Of a DNA stretch of 64,000 nt, positions 19,848-31,524 are shown piece by piece. The first letter of the stretch is position 1; every line of letters begins with the position of its first letter. A program made the translations under genes and the position numbers. The DNA is from Paraspadella gotoi (lineage: Eukaryota; Animalia; Chaetognatha). Under the pieces are notes generated by a model, which was given only the letters and a program-made list of their open reading frames with translations, made no database searches and was not told the DNA's origin. Location: positions 5,833,525-5,897,524 of the forward strand of contig CM119268.1 of assembly GCA_051294375.1 (NCBI GenBank). Direction: 5' to 3'.

Positions 19848-22800
19848 CCTTAGCTTGCTTTTTTTTCACACTCTTCCTTTCGTCAATCACATTCTCTTTT
19901 CTCTCTCCTCACAATCACATCACATCCTTTATCAATCACATCGTCCTTGTAATATAATTTTTCCCTCAGAAGTGAACAGAGTCGAGGAATTTTGGCGAAT
20001 AAGAATCGAAGAGGAAAAAAATGAAATTCAAACGAAGAAAGAATCAGTCAATCGATTGACCGTCGGAAGGAACGAACTTAATCTCAAGGTTCCAACGATT
20101 CTAATCTCAAATGTCTTATTCTAATCCGCGGCTTTATATTCTCCAACGCGGCCCGTCTCATCTTAGATTGAGAATTAAAGTTCGTATTTAGATTCAAGAT
20201 TTGGGTAAAGGATTAGGGTTTCGGATTAGGTTACCGATTAGTGATTTTGGGTTTACAGTTAGGGTTAAGGATTAGATCGAGTTTAGTGATTTGGGTTAAA
20301 AATCGGATTATCATTATGGGATAAGTCGTATATTAGGATTAACGTTGAAGGAACAGAAAATGGGGAGCTTTTGGTAAGTAGAGCGCTAATCTGATGTATT
20401 CTAATTTCATTTATTCTAATTTTTTTCCCTAATTTATCTTATTTATTTATCTCAATATTTTGTACAATACTGTAGAGATTCGTCGCTTAGGCCTCTGTAT
20501 TATGCCCTATTTTTTTTCGTCCTGGCCTGAATTTCATTCGGTCTCGGGCCTAACGTGGCTTTGGCCTCAACTGACGTAGCAATGGCGGTTCGATCAGTAG
20601 GAATTTTATTTTGTTCTGTAAAAAATACAAATTTATTCAGATTTACGGTGTTGTGAAAGTTCGTTCTTATACTTTCCCTACCTTTTCGCTCTGTTAACAG
20701 AGCAAGCAGCCTTTCTTTTCCTTTATTTTGTTAATTTTTATTTTTATCCTTGTAAGGTTTATTTCCTTCTTCTTTCTCTCTTCTTTCATATTTGTGTTAT
20801 TACTTATTAGATCCTTAGATCATTTGCTTTTTCTCCCATAATAATTTTTCGCGCCTCTTTTCTCATTCTTATTTTCCTCTAATTTCGCTTAAAATTAGAC
20901 AAATATATTTGTAAATGTTGTTAATGGTGTTATTATTCGGGATTTCTTATTTCGAAGGTGAAAGAAATTCGGGCGGAATTGGAGGCTTTGAAGGAACACG
21001 CTTGTCACGTGGGCGACGTTGTCAAAGTCATTAAAGATGGAGAGAAGACAATGTGCTACGTCAAAGTAGGTTGATCTTAAACAACGACATTGGCTCATTT
21101 CGAACAAAGAAAAAAAAAAAAACTAAAAATGCATCAACGAACAAAAGGTCATGCACGAAAAAGTGGTGGTAGATTTGTCACATGAGGTCAACGTCATGGA
21201 TTTGGTGCCCGGGGCCCGCGTCGCCCTCAGAGCCAGTTCCTTGGAAGTTCTAAGGATTTTGCCTACAGCGGTAACATGACATTTTGAGTTTATTTTCAGT
21301 TTGTTTATTGAATCAGGATAATTTACGGCGTTTCAACAGTCGCGGCGCATTCTTTCAGCCAAAGCACATAGTTTTGTCACAATCTCAGTTGCCCTCATAA
21401 AAGCTTTGTTATTGACTTATTGAAATACATTTTGCTGATGATCTATAAAACAAATTATAACCTTTTTTTCTCTCTAGATTAAAAAAGAATATATATATAC
21501 TTTTTTTAAATTTTTCCTTGTTAATTTTTCTCTTTATATTCTTATTTTCAGTTCAGAAAAATGAATGAGTTAGATTATGAAATATTTATGAAATATTTAT
21601 AGATCTAGACTGACCTAAAAATCGTCTCATTGAGTCGCGTCTCTACTGCGGCTGATATTCCGAATTAAATCATATTATATACTTGAAAAATGTCGCGATA
21701 CCCATCCCATCCTCTGCACGTTGGAGTCCACAGGTCGACCCCGGAGTCGCCATGATGTTGTTGGAAACGTCCCCGGATGTAACCTACGACATGTTGGGCG
21801 GAATCGACAAGCAAATTCAGGAAGTGAAGGAGGTGATCGAACTGCCGATCAAACATCCGGAGCTTTTTGAATCTTTGGGAATTCAGCAGCCGAAAGGTAA
21901 GTTGAGGTAAGGTCTTTGAGTGCTATTTTTCGAAAGCGCCCCCTTTTTTCGTTGAATAATTTATTTTTTTTATCTATAATCAAATCAATAACCCAATCTC
22001 TAACCTTTATCCTAAAACATATTGTCTAAACCTTAACGTTAACCTAACCTTAATCTTTGAACCTTACTCTATCTTTAAACCTAAAAAATATTTAAATTCC
22101 GAATCTATGCTGAACTGTGAACAATTAGGCTGAGATGAGTCGATTTTGAAAAATATGGCCATCCTTTTAACCATCGAGCGTGACTGAATAATCGGACACT
22201 TTTGTCAACAGGCGTGATCCTTTACGGCCCGCCTGGCACGGGCAAAACCCTCTTGGCTCGGGCCGTAGCTCATCACACATCCTGCCGTTTCATACGCGTG
22301 GCGGGAACGGAACTAGTTCAAGTCAGTTCGAGATTCTGACCTACTTAAAAATATTTTTTCTTTTATAATTTAGCTTTATTAAGATTTATTATTGTTTTCC
22401 TTTAAGTTTTATTTGAATGAACATAATTAAAAATATTAATATTAATATTAATATTAATCTTATTCCTAAACTAAACCGATACCTTGACCCATGTGTCCAT
22501 AAAAAAATTTTCATTTATGATAAGTTTGCTAAATCTCAATAATTTTTCTCTACTTTTCGATCAGAAATACATCGGCGAAGGAGCTAGAATGGTGAGAGAG
22601 ATTTTCCTTTTGGCCAGAAATCACGCGCCGGCGATTATATTCATGGACGAGATCGACTCTGTAGGCAGCGCTAGGATGGAACGTGAGTCTGGGAAAGAGA
22701 GACGTGGAGGGGGGGGGAACGTGAGAATAACTTGCGGAATTATTACTTTCTCCGTTTTGATATACTTTTTTTTAACTTTTTAATATTCCACGAACCAGAG

Positions 22801-24822
22801 GGGAATTCCGAAGTCCAACGAACGATGCTTGAACTCCTTAATCAACTGGATGGATTCGAAGCTTCTAACAACATCAAGGCAAATTGGCTTTTGTGATAAA
22901 AGGCATAAAGGACCAATATTTTTTACACTGATCCGTTATATTATGATTGTTTTTATATATATATATACTTATTGCATAATCTCTAAGCTTTTTCTTTTGG
23001 AAAAGCTTGGCTTATGATTGTAACCTCAATGTCATTTGCGTATTGCAGTAATCGATTAAAAGAAACTTTTAACAGCAATACTTAAATAGTTACAATTGAG
23101 ACTTTTTATTACCCACGTTTTTTAATTGATTATTCGTAAAATTTACGAGACATGTACATTTAAAACCATTTACGATTTTGTATTCAAATAATGCTAATTG
23201 GGTACCGTTTCGACAGATTTATTTTTCCCCGTATGTTCTTATGGACTTTCTTTCGTAAGGGAGCCAATTTTTAGTAAACATAGTCCTTCCAATTAAGGAA
23301 AGTCTTTGACGCTCATTCGGAGCATTTTTTCTTACCCTGATGAATGTAACAACCTGCTATCGAGCATCATAAGAGATTGTGCCTTTTAATTGTCGCTCGT
23401 CTAACTGGCCTTATTTTCTTAAAGCGCCCCATTTCATTTTAAAGTCAAAATTAAATTATTTTTTGTTTTTGTTTCAAGATTAAGTTAGGGTTAGCGATTA
23501 GCATATGGATTAGTTTAAAGATTGAGGTTAGGGATTAGTTTAATGATTATGGTTAATGATTAGGGTTAACGAATAGCACATGGATTAGTTTAAAGAATGA
23601 GGTTAGGGATTAGTTTAATGATTATGGTTAATGATTAGGGTTAGGGACTAAGGGTTTGGGTTAGGGTTAAAGATTAGGGTTTAGGGTTTGGGTTTGGGTT
23701 AAAGATTAGGTCTTAGAGCTATGGTTAAAGATTGCATTAGGAATTTGGGTGAGGGATTAAGTTTATAAGTTTTATCACAGATATTAGGGTTAAATATCAT
23801 CGCAGAGGAATCGAGACTCCAGAATCGAAATCGGATCGGCGACGCGAGCATCGGCCAATGGGCAGATGGGCTTCTTTCCGGCTGTAAAATTTACCCTTGC
23901 CTCCGATCCGATTGTATTGTATAAATAAGAACCCTAACTTGTATTGATTCACTCTGCCTCGAGAATTGGCACCGTCTTGTATTAATGTCTAAATTCTGAA
24001 GAAATAAAATCCACTTTGGTTTCGCCTAGAAATCCCTGTCTATTTACTTAATTGTGGTGGCAGCGGTGGGATTCGAACCCACGCCTCCGAAGAGACTAAA
24101 TTTAAAGAGATTAAATTTAAATTTAGGAACAAAGGAACAGAAACAGGTTGCTTTGGGAAAAGTGAGCCCCCTCTCTCCCCCCCCAAAGGTGATCATGGCG
24201 ACCAACCGTCTCGACATCATGGACGAGGCTCTCCTCCGCCCGGGACGGATCGACCGCAAGATCGAACTTCCTCCACCGAACGAAGACGGTCGACTCGACA
24301 TCCTGAGAATTCATTCGTCAAAGATGAATTTGATGCGAGGAATCAATTTGAGGGCCGTCGTCGAGAAAACAAAAGGCGAATGATCTCTCACACTTTCTTT
24401 TAACTAATAAATTTACCTAAATTCTTTGTTAATTGATTTAAAATTTCAAAAATAACTACCAAACAATTTGAGATAATTTTTTTTTGATACTCAGAAAGTT
24501 TGAAATTGTCGCTTTAATTCTTACAGGCAAATTCATTCTTAACATTTTCATTAATCATAACCACTATGATTATAATGATTATAACCATTATTATCATGAT
24601 TATCCTAATTGTTAATACTACAATCCTAACGTTCATTCTTCCTTGGCACCGCAATCAGGCGCCTGCGGGGCCGAGGTGAAGAACCTGTGCACCGAAGCCG
24701 GGATGTTAGCTCTGCGCGAGAGAAGAAGTCACGTGACCCAAGAGGATTTCGATCTCGCCGTCGCGAAAGTCATGAAGAAACTCGAGTCGGAAGATATGAG
24801 CATAGTGAGGTTGTGGAAATAG
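19638..24822 (+). CDS. PSMC5: 26S proteasome AAA-ATPase subunit Rpt6-like (divergent), 10 exons: 19638-19794, 19970-20088, 20958-21065, 21148-21270, 21734-21896, 22212-22321, 22565-22682, 22799-22878, 24189-24375, 24659-24822; alternative start ATG at 19716 (MEID)
   Basis: Walker [19 protein letters not shown], pore loop [12 protein letters not shown], Walker [38 protein letters not shown] and the Rpt6-type C-terminus LWK*. The frame is continuous if the last two introns are GC-AG. Confidence 0.93.
23421..23795 (+). mobile_element. TTAGGG-like MITE copy in Rpt6 intron 8
   Basis: AAAGCGCCCCATTTCATTTTAAA followed by about 300 bp of degenerate TTAGGG containing an internal ~75-bp duplication. 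Confidence 0.65.
24055..24097 (-). pseudogene. 3' half of a cytosolic tRNA-Leu with encoded CCA, inside Rpt6 intron 8
   Basis: The reverse complement AGTCTCTTCGGAGGCGTGGGTTCGAATCCCACCGCTGCCA-CCA comprises the long variable arm, T arm and acceptor 3' strand of metazoan tRNA-Leu (CUN family). The 5' half is absent. Confidence 0.88.
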
Positions 24823-26085
24823 AGAGGTTATGGAAATAGAGAGGTTGTGGAAATATAGAATAAGAGGAGAGAGGAGCTGTCAAAATAAAGAGTTAGACAT
24901 GATATGAGGATAGATAAGCAGTGGAATTAGAAAGGTAGATAGAGAATGAGTATAAAGAGGCTGTGGAAATAGAAAAGAAAAAAAGGATATGAAGGCTATT
25001 GAAAAAGTAGAGAATGGAGAACTCATGGCGAGAGCTCGAGAGGAAATCAGGTTTTAAAGAGAAGTAAAGGAAAGTTACGTAATCGAAGCGCGAGAAAGAT
25101 TAGGAGAATATGGAAATATGAGTTTAAGGGTTGGATCTTGGTGATACATAAGCGGTGATGTAGTAAAACGATGGATTTAAAAAAAAAGAGAATCAAATAC
25201 AAATTGTTCTTCTTTTATGACAAAAAATCGGGAGAAATATAAATCATCGGGATTTCTAAGTCTTTTTTTTGATTATTTAGTGTAGAGACGAAATTTATAT
25301 ATGTTAGATTGTTATTGAAAGATTTTATTAAAAATAAATTGAGCTGAGATTGATTGTAGGATCCTGGAATAGAAAATAACTAAATTAATCGATAGCCTAT
25401 TTTAGTTTCAAACCTCAATTTTTAAACCAACGTGAACCGAAAGCCTTTTTTTTCCCTGAAAAATCGTCCAAGAATCTGAGGACCTCTATCGCCCAAAACC
25501 AACATTACTTCTTTTGTTTTTCTTTTTTATTTCTCCATCCCTCCGTCGCCCCTCTCTCCGAAAAAAACTATTCAGTTTTAGCTGGAAAGTGAAATTAATA
25601 AAAAGAGAATCGTTTATCGAAGTTATTTAAGTTACTTACAATTATGTTTTATTATTTTATTTTGGCAATTTACATTAATAATTAGGTCTCATTTCCTTTT
25701 GACTCACGAGTGAAATCATGAAAAAAATAAAAGACAAAGAAGAAAGCAACAACAAATCAGGAGAAAAACTCGTAATTGTTGCGACTGCAAGCTGAGACAG
25801 AAGAAAGGGGAGGGAGAGAGAGTCTCTCTCTCTCTCTCTCTCTCCCTCTCTCTGTCCCACTAATTATAAAGATTGCACAAGCTGATACTCTAGTCAGCCA
25901 AGATGAGTTTGATTCGAATCTCGGTTAAAAACAAACTTGGGGGGAAAAGTAATGAAAGGGAAGGTCTTGTCAAGTCGCTCAAATAACAGCGAAACTGGTT
26001 TTGAGTTTTACCGACGAGAAAAAGGAAATTGGGTCAATGTTGGTGACAAGTTATGCTGCGCTCTATCTCTTTCTCTTCTCTCTCT

Positions 26086-26186
<101 letters not shown>

Positions 26187-26639
26187 GTCGTCCCAACGGA
26201 TTTTTTCCCTGTTTTGTCAATTAAGTTTCTTTCGACTACTTTTTTTTTACTTCAACATATTTCCATGCAAATGAACAACAGTTTGAAGAGAACGCCCTAT
26301 TGCTTTATTGATTGTCTTTTTGATTGATTAAATTCAATTTGGGGTACTACTTGCCGATTGAAGATTATTTATTAATGACTATAATTATTATACTATATAT
26401 TATATAATAAAGAGTTGTTGCGGTTTTGATAATCTCTAATCACAAGAAAAACAAAATTTTAAAAATAGAGGGTGTGAAGGAAAAAAAAGAAAATAAATTA
26501 TTGAAAAAAAAATAATGTAGAAAAAAATTAAAAAAAGAAAGCAAAAAAGAAAGAAAGAAAGAAAGAAAAAAGGAAAGCAAGAAAGAAAGAAAGAAAGAAA
26601 GAAAAAGCAAGAAAAATAAAAAAGGTAAATACTCAATTT

Positions 26640-26670
<31 letters not shown>

Positions 26671-26760
26671 TGAAACAAGTTAAATTTTTAAACTTACATA
26701 AGCAGTAAAACACAAAATCGTTGTCGCTCTTGAGTGTTTATAAAAGTTATTTTCAAATCT

Positions 26761-26851
<91 letters not shown>

Positions 26852-27068
26852 GCTCTACTTATCAGTCGACCTTGGGGCAGCGAAAAGGACTTTGCCTTTT
26901 TTTTCAAAAGTTCGATGATAAAGTGAAGGAACGAACCACAGACGCCGGGTTGGATTTTTTTTTCATTTTTCATATCGTCTCGGACTCTGTCTATGTCTCT
27001 GTCTCGCTCATTCTCGCTTTAACTTTATTCAAGAGTCGACAGTAACAACTACAGCTACAGCAACAGCG

Positions 27069-29123
27069 ATGGGGCGACGAAATTCTGACGAAGTTTTGGA
27101 GGAAAAAAGGAGATGGAGGACTGGAGGTGATTCGTCCAACGGAGAATCAGATGAGGTAGTCTTTTTTATTATTATTTGTAATTTCTTTAAGATTTGTTTA
27201 TTTTTATTTTCAACTACAACCAACGTTCCAAAGTTCATTACATTCCATTACGCTTACTTCGTTTTAAATCCGTAAAAACCGTTAAAATAAATGTTAGAGG
27301 CTAAAGTTTTCCAATATATTCTTTTATTTTTTTCATGAAAATTATTTCAAAATTTTGAAAATATGTTTGTTTTTTTTAAATTCAAATAAAAAATTCCGCT
27401 TATGGTCACGGGGGAAAAAAAGATGTTTTTTACTTCAACTTATCCCCAAGAAACTATTTTCACTTAAAAAACAATCAGTATGACCGACTGACAGACTGAC
27501 CGACCAAAAGTGACAACTAATGACCAGCGCCTACGACAAACCGGACGCTACTGTGATACCTCACTTTATACTTCGACCCCCAGAGTTATTTTTTAAAAGT
27601 CCCGACTTCCGATCCATGAGAGAGTCACGATTTTCCCGCCCAAAAAAAAATGACGTAATGCCCCGTATAATTGTTTAAGGAGGAAAGTCGCGTTCGTCGA
27701 CGAAGAAGAGACGGAGAAACATCGATCGATCGAGAAGAGGAAGAGAAAAAACCGAAATTGAGAAGATTAAAAAGCGAAGGGGAAAGTTTATGCCGATTGG
27801 TAAACATGAACAGAAAAACTCAGGTGAGTTAAATTAAAAGAAAAGTAGTAATTTTACTTTTATAAAGCGAAAATCTTACTTACCTAAGGTTACTTTATTC
27901 AAACTATTGGTATTAATTATCTTAATTATAAAATGGGCGCGACATCGTTTGTTCAAACTAATTCATAATTCACTAATATCACACTAATACATTGATAAAA
28001 TTTTCTTTTATTCAGCCCGACAACCCAGTTCACCGACAACAGGATTCACTTTTCTCTTCATCTTCTGGATTCACAGATTTTTCGGGTTTTTTGAATCTTT
28101 GTATTTTGCTCCTCTTCATGTCTCACTCCAGACTCGTGCTGGGTCATTTGCTCCAGCACGGTTTTCTCGTCAATCCGGTCATTTGGTGAATAAATTGAAT
28201 TTTTTTTATTATTATTATTTTAACGAAATATTACTATTTTGACGCGACTCAAGTCACGCACGCCCTCGTCTCTTCCCAACAGGGTTCAGATAGGAATGTC
28301 CGCCGCGACTCTAACCCCAGTTCGTCTCCTCTATCTCTCCAACATCTTCATCCTCTTTTCTTTCTTCGTCGAGAAACAACGACATCGTCTTCCCTTCCTC
28401 CTCGTCCGCCTCCTTCACTCCCTCAACCTACTCCTCCTCCTCCTCCTCCCGACTCTCGTCATCCTTCATTTTCATCCTCATCCGATCGCCGGATGTCAGG
28501 TCCCGATTTGGCGTCGTGGTAGCGAGCGCTCTTGTGGATTTAAAGCGATCCCGTCTTCGAATCCTTTTCGTTCATTTTTTTTTTGTTTCTTTATCTTTTC
28601 AGGTCTGCGCCGTTTACACTGTTCTCTTCCTGAAGCTGGTCAGCTACGCCAGGCAAGAATTGACTTTTGTTATGGCTGACGGAAAGCGATTGGTGTTGTG
28701 AAGCGACGTTAAACGATTTTGAATGAGATTAAATTTGTAATAGAAAATTAGAATTTAGCCGTCTACCATAAAAATAATGGAAACAAATTGATCATAACTC
28801 ATCCGAGTTATTAATAGATTAGTTTATCCTATTTAAAACTACAAATTTATGTCGCTCCTTGAAATCTTTGTCAGCCATTGCTCCAAGCTCAGCCCGCCGA
28901 TAAACATAACTCTCCCAGTGGTGATCCGGTAAAGATATCAGTCGATAACTATTCGGTACGAGGATCGATCCCCAATGGTAGCTAAGGAAAGCGTGAGGAC
29001 GGCCCTAAACCGCTTTGAGGGCGAAAAAAAAAAACCATCAAGCCTGGTTTAAAGCCCGGGATAGGTTCCATCGCTGCCAATGGAGCAAATAAGATGCGAA
29101 TAGTCTTCAGTACACTTAGCGAC

Positions 29124-29161
<38 letters not shown>

Positions 29162-29639
29162 GTCAATGAGTGGTGTTTCGATTCCTCACTCGTCGGAAAA
29201 CCCAGAATGCGTCGAAGCAAATCTACAGCGATGAAACCGAGAGAAGAGGAGATCAAAGGAGTTGAGCAGATGGTCGTTTATCCGGAAAATCTTAATATCA
29301 AGGTGAATATGTAGAGTAGAAGGTTGAAACGAACTTAATTTTACAAGCATTAGATATAATACTTTCAAACTTATCAATCGAGCCAATTTATTTCGAATTT
29401 TTATTTCTTAGTTTAGTATTTATTTGTGAATGTATAATTTTTTTTACTTTCTTTCGCCTTTGACAGGATTTATATTACTTTATTTTCGCGCCAACTCTTT
29501 GCTACGAGATCAATTTTCCTCGTTCACCAAAACGTCGACTTTGGTTTCTCGGTTATAGAATCGCTGAGATGATTTTCTTGGTTCAAGTCATGATGGGTCT
29601 CGTGCAACAGTCGATCTTTCCTATCGTCATGAAGGTAGA

Positions 29640-29698
<59 letters not shown>

Positions 29699-29711
29699 AG
29701 AAGGAAGAGAG

Positions 29712-29749
<38 letters not shown>

Positions 29750-31108
29750 TAAAATTGGCAGTTGATGCTTACAATCAAGAATCAATTCTCTCAAGATAAG
29801 AATTAGTCAAGTAACCAGTTACCAGTTGTATTGATGTTATTTGTCCATGATCTTTTTTTTTTTGTACTCGCCATTCTTCAAAATTTTTACAAAATTTATT
29901 AATAAATTTAATAAATTCAGCTCGTGAGCCTTTCGACAAGTTGGACTATTCCACAACCGTGGAAAGAATTCTCAGTCTCGCAATTTGGAATCACTTTGTT
30001 TGGCTAATCTTTTTCTATTGGTGCTTTCACTCTTCACTTAATGTTCTCGCCGAGTTGTTGAGGTATGTTCAATGTTTAATTTAATTTAATTAATCAAACT
30101 ATAAAAAACTTAAAAGTATTTTTTCAATTTACCTAGAGAAAAAAAAAGCTTAATTCAAAACTTTTGGGGAGAAGTAAAAAATTCGTGAAAACCAAGAAAA
30201 GCTTTGACCTCAATATAGAATGTAATAGAACATTTTTTTTGGCGCAGTCTTTAATTCTAAAATTCCTTATCTTAGGTTTGGGGATCGAGCGTTTTATCAG
30301 GATTGGTGGAATAGCGACACTATAGAAGTTTTTTGGCAAAAATGGAACATTCCAGTTCACAGGTAAACAAGGGGAAAAGTTAAAAAATAACGTATTATAC
30401 CAATATATACCAATATAGTGCTCATGTCATTTCTAATTCTTGATAATCACTAACTTCGACAGACTGAAAAAATAAATTAATAATATTTAAAAGTCGCTAA
30501 TATTTATATTTAATACATCCGATTTTTTTTTCTTTAGATGGTGCGTTCGTCATCTCTACAAACCAATTTTGAGACGAGGTTTTGGAAAAAAATTCGCCTC
30601 CATCGCCGTTTTTTTCCTTTCTGCTTTTTTCCATGAATTTATCATCAGCGTTCCTTTGAACATGTTTCGTCTATGGTCATTCATGGGTAAGTCCATTAAA
30701 TCGTCTCTGATAGTGCGTTGATAGTAATTATTACATACATTTTAAATGCACTATTTGCGGTTGTAACAATTAAGAAAGTTGGTTGGTTGGTCATTTTTTT
30801 AAGTTATTATTCATAAAAAACGATTTTCACGAATGCAGCAACTATTTCTATTGACTATTTATTTATTTTTTTATTACCAAACTATTTTATATTTTTTAAG
30901 CTTATTTGTTTTCATTACTTTTTTTGTTTCAGGAATGTTGGGACAAATTCCGATGGCTTCAGTTGTAAGACTTTTCCCTGGAAAAATGGGAGGAATGGGC
31001 CTAAGAAATGCGTTGGTATGGATGTCTATTATTTTGGGCCAGCCTGTTGCCATTTTTATGTACTTTCACGATTATTACGTAAAAAATGTCTCATCAAATG
31101 AATCGTAA
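27069..31108 (+). CDS. DGAT1: Diacylglycerol O-acyltransferase 1 (MBOAT), ~510 aa, 11 exons: 27069-27155, 27680-27823, 28016-28185, 28283-28499, 28603-28652, 29161-29302, 29467-29634, 29921-30062, 30276-30362, 30538-30686, 30933-31108
   Basis: Motifs [26 protein letters not shown]...[50 protein letters not shown] (catalytic His) and GQP...YFHDYY. One GC-AG intron (28653-29160). The 29634/29921 junction is one base short (probably a lost G). The first two exons are less certain. Confidence 0.93.
28914..29126 (+). ncRNA. Dispersed ~210-nt structured element, copy A, containing a putative P5-type twister ribozyme core (28975-29071), in DGAT1 intron 5
   Basis: GCGT-GA-GGA-CGGCCC-TAA-ACC-GC-[hairpin]-CCTGG-T-TTA-AA-GC-CCGGG, enclosed by ATGGTAGCTA/TAGGTTCCAT. 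Homologous to 34372-34577 (-). Confidence 0.6.
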
Positions 31109-31524
31109 AAACGTATCTAATTTGCTGATTTCAATCTTGATATTGCTCAAAGTGAGAGAAGGTGCAAAAATCATTCCTTTCGTTCTTTAGTTTATTCTTG
31201 ATTTAATTACATAATATCGAAACAACGTTTACTTTTGATCTACTAGGGAATATAAAGTGTATTATGTAATGGAATTTAGGTAGTGTTACGAATAATTACG
31301 CTACACTTTTTAGTCCGGCCACTTATTGATATTGGTCAGGCGGACATCTTTTTTTTTTGTGCTTGCTCGAGAAAAGAGAAAATAATAGTTTCTGTTCATT
31401 TTTATTAAATATTCATAATTTTTCGTTTATATCTTATGTCATAATTAATTTGATGCATTTCTTCAATTTCAAACCTCACTCTCATAGCCCTTAACATCCT
31501 GATCCTAAGAGTTTTTATTCATCC

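Noticed and set aside
23336-23345. CTGATGA hammerhead-like core
   Set aside because: No stem II or GAAA follows.
29634-29921. DGAT1 junction out of phase by one base, possible non-canonical splice site
   Set aside because: A single dropped G in a GG run restores the frame and the expected alignment.
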